Made by a program: the position numbers and the translations under genes | Assembly (NCBI RefSeq): GCF_009914755.1 | Contig: NC_060938.1 | Source: the human T2T-CHM13v2.0 reference genome, Homo sapiens | Length of the DNA stretch: 64,000 bases | Direction: 5' to 3' (one strand) | Notes under the pieces: generated by a model | What the model was told of the DNA's origin: nothing | The model's database searches: none | The model's input: only the letters and a program-made list of their open reading frames with translations | Shown here: piece after piece, positions 43,030 through 58,345 of the stretch | Layout of the letters: each line of letters starts with the position of its first letter | How positions within the stretch are numbered: the stretch's first letter is position 1

Positions 43030-43142
43030 GGTGTTAGCTACCAGAGGGCAGAGGCTGTTTGGTGTTTATGTTGAATCCCCAGAACCTAGCAGAGTGTCTG
43101 GCACAGGTTTTATGCTTGAAAGATACTTATTGAATGAATGAT
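43030..43142 (+). mobile_element. L2 3' terminus
   Basis: atccccagaacctagcagagtgtctggcaca...ttattgaatgaatgaat. Confidence 0.7.
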
Positions 43143-43769
43143 GCAGTCAATTTTTGCCACAGAAGTACTGAATGTAAAATATACCTCTAAACATAAAATT
43201 AGTAGGTGATATTGGAGTTCAGTGCTAATTTAAACAAGAATTTAAATTGCTTTTCTATTTAAGTCAAATCATATAATGCCATTGAGAGTACACCTACAGC
43301 TCAGCCAAGCATCATGATTTCAATTTTCCAAAATGCAACTACCACTTTAATGTTAAGGACCAGATTCAATCCTTATGTAAGCTTCTGGTTTAAGTCATAC
43401 AATTCTCCCACCATCCATCCTCCCCCAGTCATTTCATCTTTTAGAATTGTATTTTTGAGTGCTTTACAGGAGAAAGAAAAGTCAAAAGTAACTCTTTTGC
43501 ATTGGTGCATAAATGTTTCACTTTTATGGATGTGGCAGCAGCTTGTTGACAGTATGAAAATAGAACTAGTAAGAGCAGAGCTTCCAGATGCCACATATGA
43601 TAACTTAATACATGAGACAACTAAGTAGATTTTATTTTAGATTGTGTTCTGCTATTCTTTGTTTTCTCTCTTCATTATCTGTAACACCTACTCCATGATT
43701 CAATGCTAATATAAGATTCAGTAGTTTAAATATCAAGCAACTATTAGATATCAGCATTAATTCATTTGA

Positions 43770-44110
43770 TTCACAACTATTTTTTGAATGTCTAATATGT
43801 ACCAGGCACCATTCTATGTGTTGGAGATACAGTATTGAAAAAGATAGACAAAATCCTCTCATGGTGAAATTTATATTCTAGCAAAGGAATATACAAACAA
43901 TTGAATACACCTACACATAAATACATACATAAATAAATAACTTCAGGTCATGACATATGTTATAGGGGAAAAAGGATCAGTGGCAGGGAAGGTTGAGATG
44001 AACTACTCTAGGTTATGTGGACAAGGATAGCCTCTCTGTAAAGGTATAATAACATTTTATCTGAGAAGTAAGTGTTGAGAAAACTCCACCATGTGAAATA
44101 TATGCAAAGG
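43770..44110 (-). mobile_element. L2 3' fragment
   Basis: tttttgaatgtctaatatgtaccaggcaccattcta...ggagatacag...ctcatggtgaaatttatattctag. Confidence 0.65.
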
Positions 44111-44237
44111 AAAAGAGCAAACATGGAATCACCCATGAAGACATCATGAGAGATTACAGGGTGCTTTACTCTAATGCTACTGTTGAATTTCTAAAAACTT
44201 TGCTTTATCACAAATAAAGATAAAAAATAATTACTTA

Positions 44238-44535
<298 letters not shown>

Positions 44536-45045
44536 AAAATTACTTAATGGAGAAGGAAGTGAGGGCCTAAAACAATTTAGACCTATAGTAACAGAGATTT
44601 TTTTTAATAGATTTCCAATAATGAAGGTGTTTCTTAAACACTCACTAGGGATGGCATTCAAAATAATTAACAGCCAACCAGAATGGACACGGGCAGGGAT
44701 GCTGCCTGGAAGTTAGCTTTAGTTGTATTGCTATAAACATAATATCAATAAGTAAATATAGCACTATCTGGAAATAGCTCTGTAAATGAATAACAGCCTT
44801 TTGTATTCTATCAGAATCAGAGTTACTACCATCAGCCCCATAATTTTCATAGCTCTTTGTTACACATATTGTTCACTGCCATAAAGCATAAAGCCATCTA
44901 AGAGAAAACCCAATTCAAAGGTTGCCCAATTTCCTATACACAGTACTAGGTCCCCAACTCAATCATAGTTCCAGATGGAAATTTCAATACTAGCTTGGAT
45001 ATTGCAAATTGTATTTTCTAAGTAATCAATTACATTGTTGCCGTT

Positions 45046-45406
45046 TGCTATGGTGTGAATGTCTTCCCCAAATGCATATGTTGGAAACTAAATTCCCAAT
45101 GCAACAGTGTTGGGAGGTGAGGTCTATTAACAGGTGACTGGGTCATGAGCACAGAGCTTATGAATGGATTAATGTCATTATTGAAGGAGTGAGTTTTTAT
45201 TATCATAGAGTGAATTACTATAAAAGGCAATCTGCCCCTCATGCTTTCTGTCTGTCTTCTGTCCTTCTGCCATGAGATGACACTCACCAGATGCCAGCAA
45301 CATGCTCTCAAAATTCCCAGCCTTAAGAAGCTTGAGCCAAATAATCCTCTTTATGAATTACCCAGTTTTTGGTATTCTGTTATAGAAACTGAAACGAACT
45401 AAGACA
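45046..45406 (+). mobile_element. MSTD-like MaLR solo LTR
   Basis: tgctatggtgtgaatgt...caatgcaacagtgttgggagg...atgaatggattaatg...ggtattctgttatag...actaagaca. Confidence 0.8.
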
Positions 45407-45407
45407 C

Positions 45408-47540
45408 TGTATTAGTCAGTTTTCATGCTGCTATAAAGAAATACCTGAGACTAGTTAATTTATTTTTAAAAAAAGATTTAATTGACTCACAGTTACACGT
45501 GGCTGGGGAGGCCTCAGGAAACTTACAATCATGATGGAAGGTGAAGAGGAAGCAGGCACTCTGTACACAAGGCTGCAGGAGATTGAGAGAGAGAGGGTTG
45601 GGGAGAGAAAAGGAGGAACTGCCAAATATCTCATGTCCTCATATTTTAAAAGTAATTATGCCTTCCAACAATCCCCCAAAGTCTTAACTCATTCCAGCAT
45701 TAATTCAAAAGTTCAAGTCCTCCAACAGTCCCCCAAAGTCTTAACTCATTCCAAAATTAACTCCAAAGTCCAAGTCCAAAGTCTCATCTGAGACAAAGCA
45801 AGTCCTTTCTGCCCGTGAGCCTGTAAAATCAAAAACAAGTTAGTTATGTCAAAGACACAATGGGGGTACAGGCATTGGATAAGTTCTCCCATTTCAAATG
45901 GGAGAAATTTGCCAAAACATAGAAGATAACGGGCGCCATACAAGCCCAAAATCCAGCAAGGCAGTCATTAAATCTTAATGTTCCAAAATAATCTCCTTTG
46001 ACTCCATATCTCACATCCAGGGCATGCTGATACAAAGGGTAGGCTCCCAAGGCCTTTGGCACCTTTGCCCTGTGGCTTTGCAGGGTTCAGTTTCCACAGC
46101 TGCTCTCTTGGCCTGGTGTTGAGTGCCTGTAGCTTTTCTAGGTGCATAGTGCAAGCTGTTGGTGCACCTACCATTCTGGGGACTGGAGGATGGTGGCCCT
46201 GTTCTCACAGCTCTTCTAGGTAGTACCCCAGTGGGGACTTCGTGTGGGGGCTCCAACCTCACATTTCCCTTCTGCACTGCCCTAGCAGAGGTTCCCCATG
46301 AGGGTTCTGCCACTACAGCAGACTTCTCTCTGGACATCCAGGCGTTTCCATACTCCCTCTGAAATCTAGGCAGAGGTTCCAAAAGCTCAACTCTTCTCTT
46401 CTGTGCACCTACAATCCCAACACCACATGGAAGCCACCAATGCTTGGGGCTTTCACCTCAGAAGCAATTGGCCCCTTTTAGCCATGGCTGGAGCTGGAAA
46501 GGCTGGGACAAAGGGCACCATGTCCTGAGGCTGCACAGAGCAGGGGTGCCTTGGGCCTGACCCATGAAACCATTTTTCCCTTTCAGGCCTCCTGCCCTAT
46601 GATGGGAATCTCTCCCTTGAAGATCTCTAACATGCCCTGGAGAAATTTTCCCCATGTCTTGGCTATTAACATTCAGCTTCTCATTTCTTATGCAAATTTC
46701 CACAGCTGGCTTGAATTTCTCCCCAGAAAATGGGATTTTCTTTTCTATTGCATGGTCAGGTTGCAAATTTTTCAAACATTTTCACTCGGCTCCCGTTTTA
46801 AACATAAGTTTCAATTTCAGATCATCTCTCTCAAATTCAAAGTTCTACAGATCTCTAGGGCAGGGGCAAAATGCTGCCAGCCTCTTTGCTAAAGCATAGC
46901 AAGAGTGACTTTTGCTCCAGTTCCCAATAAGTTCCTAATCTTCATCTGAGACGACCTCAGCTTGGACTTTGTTGCCCATATCACTATCAGCATTTTGGTC
47001 AAAACAATTCAACAAGTCTCTAGGAAGTTCCAGACTTTTCCACATCTTCCTGTTTTCTTCTGAGCCCTTGAAATTGTTCCAACCTCTGCCCAGTTACTCA
47101 GTTCCAAAGTCACTTCCACATTTTCAGGTTATCTTTTTAGTGGTGCCCCACTCTGCTGCAGTACCAGTTTCCTGTACTAATCCGTTCTAACACTGCTATA
47201 AAGAAATTCCTGAGACTGGGTAATTTATAAGGGAAAGGGGTTTAATTGACTTACAGTTCCGAATGGCTGGGGAGGCCTCAGGAAACTTACAGTTATGGCA
47301 GACAATGAAAGGGAAGCAGGCAGCTCCTTCACGAAGTGGCAGGAGAGAGAGAACAAAGGAGGAACTTCCAAACACTTTTAAAACCATTAGATCTTGTGAG
47401 TACTCAGTCACTATTATGAGAACAGCATGGGGGAAACCAACCCCATGATCCAATTACCTCCCACCAAGTCCCTCCTTTGACGTGTAGGGATTAAAATTCC
47501 AGAGGAGATTTGGGTGGGGACACAAAGCCAAACCATTTTG
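45408..47540 (-). mobile_element. THE1D-like MaLR provirus: partial LTR (45408-45626), internal region, full LTR (47173-47540)
   Basis: Two THE1 LTR starts (tgtattagtc, tgtactaatcc) and THE1/MST internal sequence (ccaaagtcttaactcatt, aatctcctttgactcca, ccttctgcactgccctagcagagg, gtctctaggaagttcc). Confidence 0.9.
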
Positions 47541-47554
47541 TTATCACATCTCAT

Positions 47555-48130
47555 TATTTATTCATTTTACAGATATTTATTGAATCCCTACTGGTGGTCA
47601 GACCCTGTTCTGGGAACCAGGGTTGCAATAGTGAACACAACATACTAAATGCCCTGTCCTTATAAAGCCTGTATGGAAACAAGAAAGAACAACAATGAAC
47701 AAGATACACAGGTGAAATGCAAAGCATTTTCTGTCATGATAAGAAAAATAAGTAAATAAGAGAATGGGAGTATGAAATGTTGATGGGAGATTAAAATTTT
47801 AGATAGAATGGTCTTAAGAAAAGGGTGAATTTGCAATCAAGACCCACAAGGAGATGAAGAATCTAGTTGCATATGTGTTTGTAGAGGGAGCATTTTAAGC
47901 AGAAAAAAAAAATGACAAGTGACTGAGGTAGGAGTGAGACAAGCATATCAGCTTATAAGGGACACCAGTGAAGACCAAGCTGACTACACAGGGATGAGGC
48001 CAGTGGGAGACAACTCAATGAAGCAAAAGGAACAAATCATCTGTGACTTGGAGGACATAACAAATCCTTTAGCTTTTGCTCTGAGTAAAACAGGGAGCCA
48101 GTGAAAGTTCTGGGTAGAAGGGCAACGGTG
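47555..48130 (-). mobile_element. L2a 3' fragment
   Basis: ttattcattttacagatatttattgaatcccta...gtgaacacaaca...ttttgctctgagtaaaacagggagccagtgaaag. Confidence 0.7.
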
Positions 48131-48869
48131 TTATAACAGCATTATAACCTTGTAACAGCATTACCTTATAATGAGATGACTATGGATATAACTTTGTGCA
48201 TTTTGTTATCATTAGTGTATTTCTATCTCCGCTTCCTTTCCTTTGAAAGAATCTTTGTCATCATAAAGAAATTTATATATCTTCTTGAATATTTCTACAC
48301 TCCCAAAATATAATCCTTAGGGTAGCTGTGGTTTCCAAGTCTGTACTCTAAAAGATATCATTTGAATAAAGAATCTCATACATCCAATCCCATTTCCTTC
48401 TTGATTGAAGTATTTCTTATTCACCAGGCGTTATGCCAAGTATTTAAGGAAACACTTGATCCAGGCAAGAATTTTGAGTAAAACACAAATTCTAACTAAA
48501 AATTCTAATGCCTATTCTTTCTAGATTGCCTTCAAGATACAGAATTTAGAGAGATATAAAAATTCTAAAATTGAAAAAGGTACCCTTCAAATATCACAAA
48601 CATTGATGAATTTTTTTCTGGAGTCAATGTAAATGAGATCTGTCTGAGGGAGGCATGAAAGATGGATTTGCTCTTCCTATAGGTTGGTCTCCTTGGAAGT
48701 AACCTGCAGAGACCTGACCAAGCAGCAACCCTATAAAAATAGAACAGAAATAATATGAGACATAGAAGGAAACTTAACTAAAATAAATAATAACAACAAC
48801 CATAATAATAATTATATGGAGAAAATAGGAATTTTGATTTACTAAAAAAACTAGTTAGACACGTCCTGA

Positions 48870-49217
<348 letters not shown>

Positions 49218-49699
49218 GAAGAGCTCCTTTTATGCAGGTAAAACTATAGACTGGTTTTACATTTATTTTCAATTCTAAACAATAGAAGAAGTTAGCATAG
49301 AGTGTAGTGAGAAAAGTAACCAGTGAATTTGTCCTTCCTATGTGAGATGAGTGAATATTTCAGACAAGTAAAAGTTCAGAAAGTAGGCCTTTCTTGTAGC
49401 ATTCTGGCAAGTGGGGTAGGGGAGACATGGGATTTAAGTAACTTTACCTTAATAAGAGATTAATAAAACAGCTTCTATGCAAGTGTTGGTATAGAATAAC
49501 TGCTGGAATGTAATGAAACCAGATAAACATAGAATTGAGATAAAATACAGTTATAAAATTTAATTCAATATTAAGTCTATGTCATGTCTAATAGGCATTT
49601 CTGTATCTAATGTGAAAAACATCCCTATCTCTGCTTTCGAACATCACTTAACCCAAATACCTATACCTAACAAATGAGGCACAATCATAAAAGTACAGG

Positions 49700-51150
49700 A
49701 AACCCTCACTTTTGAGTTTAGATGGGTACTAAATAAAGTCCTGGCAAATCAAATTCAGCATATTATTAAAATAATACATTGCAAACAAGCAGTATTCATT
49801 ACAAGAATGCAAGAGTCATTTAATGTTTACAAAATCTAATACAAGTCTAACTTGATTAGATCAAAAGTAAAAAGAGAATAATTTTATCCTTTCAAGAGAT
49901 CGTACAGTGTTTAGTAGAACTGAGAATCTAGGCCTGATCAAATGTATATGAATACATAATACAGTTAATTTTCTCAACATAATAAAAAATAGTTGTGTCA
50001 AGCTACCAAGCAACGCTATTCTCAATGGCTCAATAACATGGAGTCAACAGATATTTACTAAGCTCTGCCTAGAATCTGAGTACATAAGAAAGAGTCAAAG
50101 AAGATGGCCTCTGCCTTTCATGGGGTTTACATGAATTGGAAGGTGAGTTTTGAATAAATACCCAAAATGAAGTAAAGAATCTAGTTGTGTGTTTATGTGT
50201 GGGGAGAACATTTCAGACATAGGTTGAAAGCAGTAAGGTAGAACTGACAACTGAATGAAACACCAGTCATTATGAATTAAGTCAGAGGAAAGGCTTCTAT
50301 CAGTTCTACCACTTTCTATCACTACTATTGGTCAATGCCCTGAAAATTTTAGTAATGGCCATTGAAGGAGAAGGACAAGGAGGAGGAGGAGAAGGAGGAG
50401 AAGAAATGTAGTAATCAAAATTTTAAAATGGAAGAAAATTATAATGAATTGCAAATTGTATCATTAGACCAAAAAAAGCTATCAAGATTTGTTTGAGTCT
50501 CTGGGTAGTAGATAGGGAGTTATAAATAAACATTTCAAAAAAATAATATATTTTGTGTACCAGCAATTAAAAAACACTACACAGCTTAATGGAAAACAAA
50601 TACCATTTTGAATGCTAACTAAATTACAAAATACTTAGGAATGAACTTAGAAAGCTTAGCAAACCACTATGAGAAAAATCTATGGAACATTATTGAGGAA
50701 CATAGAAATAACCTTAATAGACAAAAATAGATAAATAAATAAATAATTCCCTGGAGAAACTGCTCAAATTGAGAATTTAATTTAATTTAGAAGTAAATTA
50801 AAAGAAATGTGAGCAAAATGTTTAATGGTATTTTGTAGGATGTCGCAATTCTTTAAACTTAACCTAAGTTAGAAAGAAAAAGTGAATTCATAACAGACAA
50901 CTTGGAAAACAGGACTAAACAGTGAGTTTTAGAGTATTAGACGTGATAGCAGTGTATAATATCCAAAACAGGATGGTATTGGCAATACAAATAATAAAAT
51001 AAAAAAACTATGATTTTTAAAAAGCCTAACTTAAAAGGGTATATAAGAATTCAGAACACTAAGATATTTTAAACTTGGGATTTAGATGTTACAAAAACTG
51101 GTGGAGGAAGAGAAATTCATAAGTTGATAGAAAAAAATTGTAAAAATAAA
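49700..51150 (+). mobile_element. Old L1M ORF2 remnants, interrupted by an L2-like piece at ~50040-50250
   Basis: A-rich sense L1: ctggcaaatcaaattcagca...aagaatgcaag; aaatacttaggaatgaactta; ggtattggcaata. Confidence 0.55.
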
Positions 51151-51285
51151 AATAACTGATTTTTAAAGCATACACAGACCTCAAGAGCATGTAGAAACAG
51201 TTTCTGATCCCTGAAATCACTTCTTTTCTAAGGCAATAAGAGAAAAATAATGCCACAAATTCTCTTCATAATCTTTTCTATAATA

Positions 51286-51364
51286 ATAGGATTTTGCAAA
51301 AGTAATTGCAGTTTGTGCCACTGAAAGTAATGGCAAAAACTCAGTTATTTTAGCACCAACCTAT
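51286..51364. mobile_element. MADE1 (mariner-derived MITE)
   Basis: taggattttgcaaaagtaattgcagtttgtgccactgaaagtaatggcaaaaactcagttattttagcaccaacctat, an ~80-bp palindromic element. Confidence 0.88.
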
Positions 51365-53663
51365 AGGTTTTACTCTGCATATTGAACACAAATCTTTACT
51401 CTGGGAATCTTAGTTCCCTGGCTTTCTATTGGGAAATATGTGGGATAGGTGAAAGATCATGTGTTTTTATGTTTCAAAACTTTGAATCAAATTTCAAAAA
51501 TAAGTTGGTATATACGTTATCTTAGGAAAGTTAACATTTCATATCTTCAATGTCCTCATCAAGATAATTATGCTAATTATACCTAATTTCAAGTATATAA
51601 AACATGAAGTTCATTTATAAATTAGAAAATTCAGCCAGTTCCTTGCAATTTCTAATCCAAATATTACTGTCTCCGCTTCGTTTAAGTGCTTTAGTCATTC
51701 TTATATGTGTCTATGCCAAATATTCTTAGTTGATACTCAGTACTATCTCTGCCCTTTAAGTTAGGCTTGATATTATGGGAGCTAAAAGCCTCAAAACCGT
51801 TTAGCAAATTCTTTTGTCAGCAGAGTTATATTTAAACGCCATCAATGAGAAACATCCAGTGATATTTTGAAGATGGAAAAGGAGGAACTGTTTCCCACTG
51901 TGGCAATACATAGACATGCAGGCAGTGGCTGACATGAGGTTTGCCTTTACTTCCAGTTAAGGCACCTTCAGTATCACAGTGGGCTGAAAATCCATGTAAG
52001 CACTTCCTGTGGTTCTAAAAATCCCTATTTCTTTAAAAATAGAAGCAATTTTCCTTGACCTTTATGAAACCAAATAAATATTGTTTGGGTAAGATACTAG
52101 TAGTGTCATGTCGCTGCTTTTAAAACCTTATTCTCAATTATAATTGTTCAAAAATAATTTTAAACTATTATTTTTTAAAATATATTAACCTAGATTAGTC
52201 TATGATATTTAACTCCTCTGCATTCGATGATGACAATTCTATGCTTCTTTGAACTTGCTCCTCTCTTAATATCCCTCAGGCTACAACACTGAACTTCTTC
52301 AGCTTTGCTGGTTGTAATTTCCTCATTATCTCCCCTGGTTTTTTTTAATCCTCTTTTTTAAAGGTATCATACACATTTCAGTTTTCTCAGCCTCCTGCCA
52401 AAGAGAAGCTGTACTCAACTTGAATTGCTGCCAAGTTTAGTGAAGTCTCCCAACTCGCTGATTTTAAGCAATTAAAGAGAGAGATGTAAATATCCACATC
52501 TGCCAATCAATTGATTTTTTTTTATGTACTGGTATATTTTGCAGATTTGATGGGTGAAGTTTTTCTCTCCCCACAGACTGCAGCTGTGAATTTGCAACTT
52601 TTGAATTTCTGTTCATTTGCCATTTGAAAAAATTTGTTTGGAAAAATTAAAACTTTTTATGCTGAAAAAAAAATCAGTCAGCATTCTTTATAAGTACCAT
52701 ATAAGGCAAGCATATGGCAGGAGAAAGACCAGTGATCTGGTTGATATGAATGGGCTCCAAAGGGCTTTAAACCATACTCTATGCAACTATTTCTTCACTC
52801 TGACACCTGCATGGGTGGATTTGGCCATAAAATTGGAAGTGCCCAAAAGCAATGAAATTCTAATGTCACAGGGAACGCCCCCTTTATGCATCATATTTCT
52901 GCACGCTTAATTGTATACTGCAAATTTACACCCATGTCTATACTTGAATACTTCTACTTATTACTGTTTTGCAAATAACTGTATTTTATTTTTGTGGCCA
53001 AAAAAACCAAACTTCTGTAGACTCTTACTTGGATCTGATTATTTACAAACTTTTCTCATATGAAGCATTGTTTCATTAAACAATGTTTTGTTCAGCACAT
53101 CCAGTGTGATGGTGTCTAGAACAAGATGCAATCCCTGACTCAAATTGCTGATATTTCATGTTGTAATTCACTTATCTCACAAGTGCTGTGTTTATTCACC
53201 TTTATGTGGTTTACCATCACCATCTTCTACCTTCAAAGAACATATTTTGGGGTCACTGTAATAGAATCTCGCGATGGAGACAGGGGCTAAAGGATCTATG
53301 TTAGGAGTGCCTTAACATTCTTCAGGTGGAACTGAAAACTAAAGAGAAATGGTCCAAGGGAAGATGGGGAGAAAGCCATGTTGGTCACAAACCTAATAGC
53401 TTAGGTTATTCAAATATTGTTGAACAGCTGAAAAATAACACCTACAAAAGAGGTTTTAAGCTGTAAAACACATCAAAAATCACCAGTAAGATCCAATCTA
53501 CCAGCAGAAAATAATGCAACAAATTCTATGTCCAATTCTAAAAAGCAGCCCCTGTTTTTTCATTCTATAAAATCTTAATATCTGGTTGCAGAAAATATTC
53601 CAATAGGGAAAGATAAGACCATTAGAAGATGAAACAAGCTAGTTAACATCCTTTTTGCATGTC

Positions 53664-54216
53664 TGTGATGGCTAATATTGAATGTCAACTTAATTGGATT
53701 GAAAGATGCAAGTATTATTCCTGGGTGTGTCTGTGAGGATGTTGTCAAAGGAGATTAACATTTGGGTCAGTGGACTGGGAGAGGCAGACCCACCTGCAAT
53801 CTTGGTGTGCACAATCAAATCAGCTGCCAGTACAGCTAGAATAAAAGCAGGCAGAAGAACATGGAAGGATTAGACTGGTTAAGTCTTGTGGCCTCCATCT
53901 ATCTCCTGTGCTGGATGCTTCCTGCCCTGAAACATCAGACTCCAAGTTCTTCAGCTTTTAGGCTCTTGGACCTAATAAACCACTGGTTTGCCAGGGGGCT
54001 CTCGGGCCTTCAGCCACAGACTGAAGGCTGCACTTTCAGCTTCCCTACTTTTGAGGTTTTGGGACTCAGACGGGCTTCCTTGCTCCTCAGCTTGCAGACA
54101 GCCTATTGTGGGACTTCACTTTGTGATTGTGTGAGTCAAATCTCCTTAATAAACTCCCCTTCATATATACATCTATCTTATTAGTCCTGGCCCTCTAGAG
54201 AACTCGGACTAATACA
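53664..54216 (+). mobile_element. MLT2A2-like ERVL solo LTR
   Basis: tgtgatggctaatattgaatgtcaactt...ggactgggagaggcagacccacc...tggatgcttcctgccc...cagactgaaggctgcact...ctagagaactcggactaataca. Confidence 0.88.
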
Positions 54217-54329
54217 ACCTTCTTACTACGTATGAGAGAGGGAAGATGCCCAGGGACTGGCTATGGATGCACCCTCATTTGCCTGTATCTAAGGTTTTCA
54301 CCAAAACTGTAGGAATGAGGTGTCCATTG

Positions 54330-54734
54330 TGATATAGTTTGGATCTGTATTCCCACCCAAATCTCATGTTGAAATGTAATTCCCAGTACTGGAGGTGGGG
54401 ACTGGTGGGAGGTGATTGGATCATGGGGGGATGGTTTAGCACCATCCCCCTAGTGCTGTTCTCATGATAGAGTTCTCAGGAGATCGAGTTGTTTAAAAGT
54501 GTGTGGCACCTCCCACCTCCTCTCTCTCTCTTCCTCCTGCTCTGGCCATAGCCTGCTTCCCCTTCACCTTCCATGATGACTGTAAGTTTCCTGAGGTCTC
54601 CCCAGAAGCCAAGCAGATGCCAGCATCATGCTTCCTGTACAGCCTGTGGAACCGTGAGCCAACTACACCTCTTTTCTTTCTAAATTACCCAGTCTCAAGT
54701 ATTTCTCTATAACAATGCAAGAACAAACAGTACA
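54330..54734 (+). mobile_element. MSTA-type MaLR solo LTR
   Basis: tgatatagtttggatct...cagatgccagcatcatgcttcctgtacagcctg...; TSD cattg/catag. Confidence 0.88.
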
Positions 54735-55823
54735 CATAGCTAGAAAATGCCTTTACACATGGATAGAAATTGCCTGTAGGTAGAGAATCAAGGGACTCAA
54801 GGAAAGAGATAAGAAACCTTATCAGCAGAATAACCACACAATCAGCAATCCTGATGGAGAAACTGACAATAATTGGGTAAATATTTCCATGAAGCTGAAG
54901 AGGACAGAATAATGAATCTCAGAAGGGAAAACGAGGCCTGCCCTATAATACTGCCAGAGTAGAGGGAATAACAGAGGGCACAGAAGCAGCTATTAACTTT
55001 GATGACTGTAGAGAGAAAGCAGTGGGCTTGGAAGTTTGGACACAGAGCTAGACTCCTGTTCCACAGGAGGAATAAATTCTTTCCAACACAGGATTGCTTG
55101 TTTGATTTGTTTTTGTAGCCTGCAAATAAAACATTCCATATGTTTCTGATTGTGAGTGAAATGGAGGGGAAAATAAAACATCCTACTTTGAAAGTGGGAT
55201 CCAAATGTTCTCAAATGTCTCCTTCCATGGAAGCGTATTCTATCACAGTCTCTAGAAATATTAGGATGGACGAGGTGCAGAATTCATAAAGAATTTCTAC
55301 AGGTATCTAAGCAATACAATTATTTTCTGAAGCTTATCTAAACTCTTCTGGTTTTTTGTATGGGGAAGTATAATTTAAAAATATTTGAAAATAGATTGAT
55401 TGCATATAATGTTCATTTTAAGAATTGTGATGACTAACACTTCTCATTAGTATGTGAAAATGCAAATTTCAGATAACACCAACAGACTCATGCTTAGGAC
55501 ATAAGTAAAATCGAAAACAGGGAAATGCTGAGACATCAGAAAAGTGCCCCATGTAGTCATTTTCCTTCCCCTTCAACTATTTTATTTTCTTATTTGAGTA
55601 AAAAACACTTATTGCCAATAACTGGGGAGACAGGCTGTATTATATTTTAATGTGTTTTTAAAATTTTTATTTTAGCTAAAGATATTGCAAGCCACTTTCT
55701 AGTCCAAGATTGTCTAAGTCCTAACTCATGCCTTATTCTCATTTTTATGGATTGCAATCTTATATGAAAATAACTTATTTAAAAATATTTTGGTACATGA
55801 TGTGTGGGAAGGCCCTAACTTGA

Positions 55824-56267
<444 letters not shown>

Positions 56268-56449
56268 TAATGCTTTTAAGCAGCTCACTTAAAAAGTCTC
56301 ACTACGTTGTCTTTACAATGTTTTATCTTAGTTGTATGTTACCTCAAAGGTCTGATAAAAATATTTTGTCCAATTTTAAAATATTACTTGGCAATACAAT
56401 AATTAAATTAAAATTTGTGACTGACTAGAGAATATTGATAAAAGTAAAT

Positions 56450-57082
<633 letters not shown>

Positions 57083-57694
57083 AAAAGTTCTTAATAAATA
57101 TATATTCTAGAAACAAGTCACTGAACTTGAATGCTCCCTAGATTCACTGGACTGTGATTCCTAAATGAGGTCGCTTTAGTCATCAGATCCACAGCCTCCA
57201 CATTTACAACAGCAATTCTCTAAATCATTCCTGATTTTCTCTGCATGGGTATATGAAGTGGGCAGTTGCTTCACATTTAACTATTCACTGCCTGCAACTC
57301 AAATATACTCCATTCCATGTAACTCTCCCATAGGTCTTTGGAGTCTATGCCTGAAATGACCACACTTAACCAAGAATAGATTTTTCCCTAAGAGTGTTTC
57401 CAAGAGACCATCCTAAATTTCAAACAATAAACATAATGTTTATGAAGCACCTATCAGAAATCATGCTGGAAATATCCTGTAAATAAATCATCTCTTTTGA
57501 TCTTCACAACAGTCCTACAAGGTATGTTGCATCAATTCCTACATTATTAGATGGAAAATCAGAGAGTTGAAATAAGTGGTTCAAGTTGACATAATTAGCA
57601 TGGAGCTTGTCCAAGATTTGGACATAATGAACAAAGTTCAAAGACAGATGTTTTTCTATTTTCTCTTTCTCTCTCTTTCTTCTTTCTCTCTCTT

Positions 57695-58345
57695 TGTAAA
57701 GGAGCTATTAACCACAATTAGCCAAACTGAAAAGTTTGAGGGCACAGCCAGCAGGACTACCCTAACTTTTGACACCAACTGAAAGTTCAGGAAGTTCCTC
57801 AAATGACCCATTTACTAGAAGGACTCTCAGAACTCACTGAAGTCTATTATACTCACAGTTACAGTGTATTACAGGAAAACAATACAGAATAAAATCAGCC
57901 AAAGGAAGAGACACCTAGGTCAGAGTCTGAGAGGGCTTCAAACATGAATATTCCCTTGTCATCTTCCATGGAATTAGGATACGTTATTTTCCCAACATTA
58001 ATGTGTGACAATATTTATAGAGTATTGCCAACCAGATAAACTCTGGAGCTTCTATGTGCAGAGATTTCACTGGAGTTCCATGACATGGGCATGACTGATT
58101 CATTGCACACGTGGTGAATTATATTGTATGATCCAAAGCCCCTACCTTAAATCACATAGGAGCTCTTTGTGGTGTGGTTAGGCCTCCTCCTAATATTATC
58201 AGGTCTTACCAACTCCACCCTGAGCTCCTTGCCGCAAGCCCCCTCCCTAAACAAAGGTGCTTTTATCAGATATGAAAAGATCTCCTAGAAGTTGAGGGCA
58301 ATTGCCAGACCTCTCTTCCAGCAAGGCCAAATTCTTTACTACACA
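57695..58345 (-). mobile_element. MER21-group ERVL solo LTR
   Basis: cttttgacaccaactgaaagttc...tactagaaggactctcagaactcactgaa...aaaatcagccaaaggaagagacac...aaattctttactacaca. Confidence 0.78.

Noticed and set aside
45531-47453. Dense cluster of overlapping ORFs
   Set aside because: GC-rich THE1 internal and LTR sequence; fragments of a decayed MaLR.
51740-52100. Possible LTR33-like remnant
   Set aside because: Too degenerate to assign without a search.
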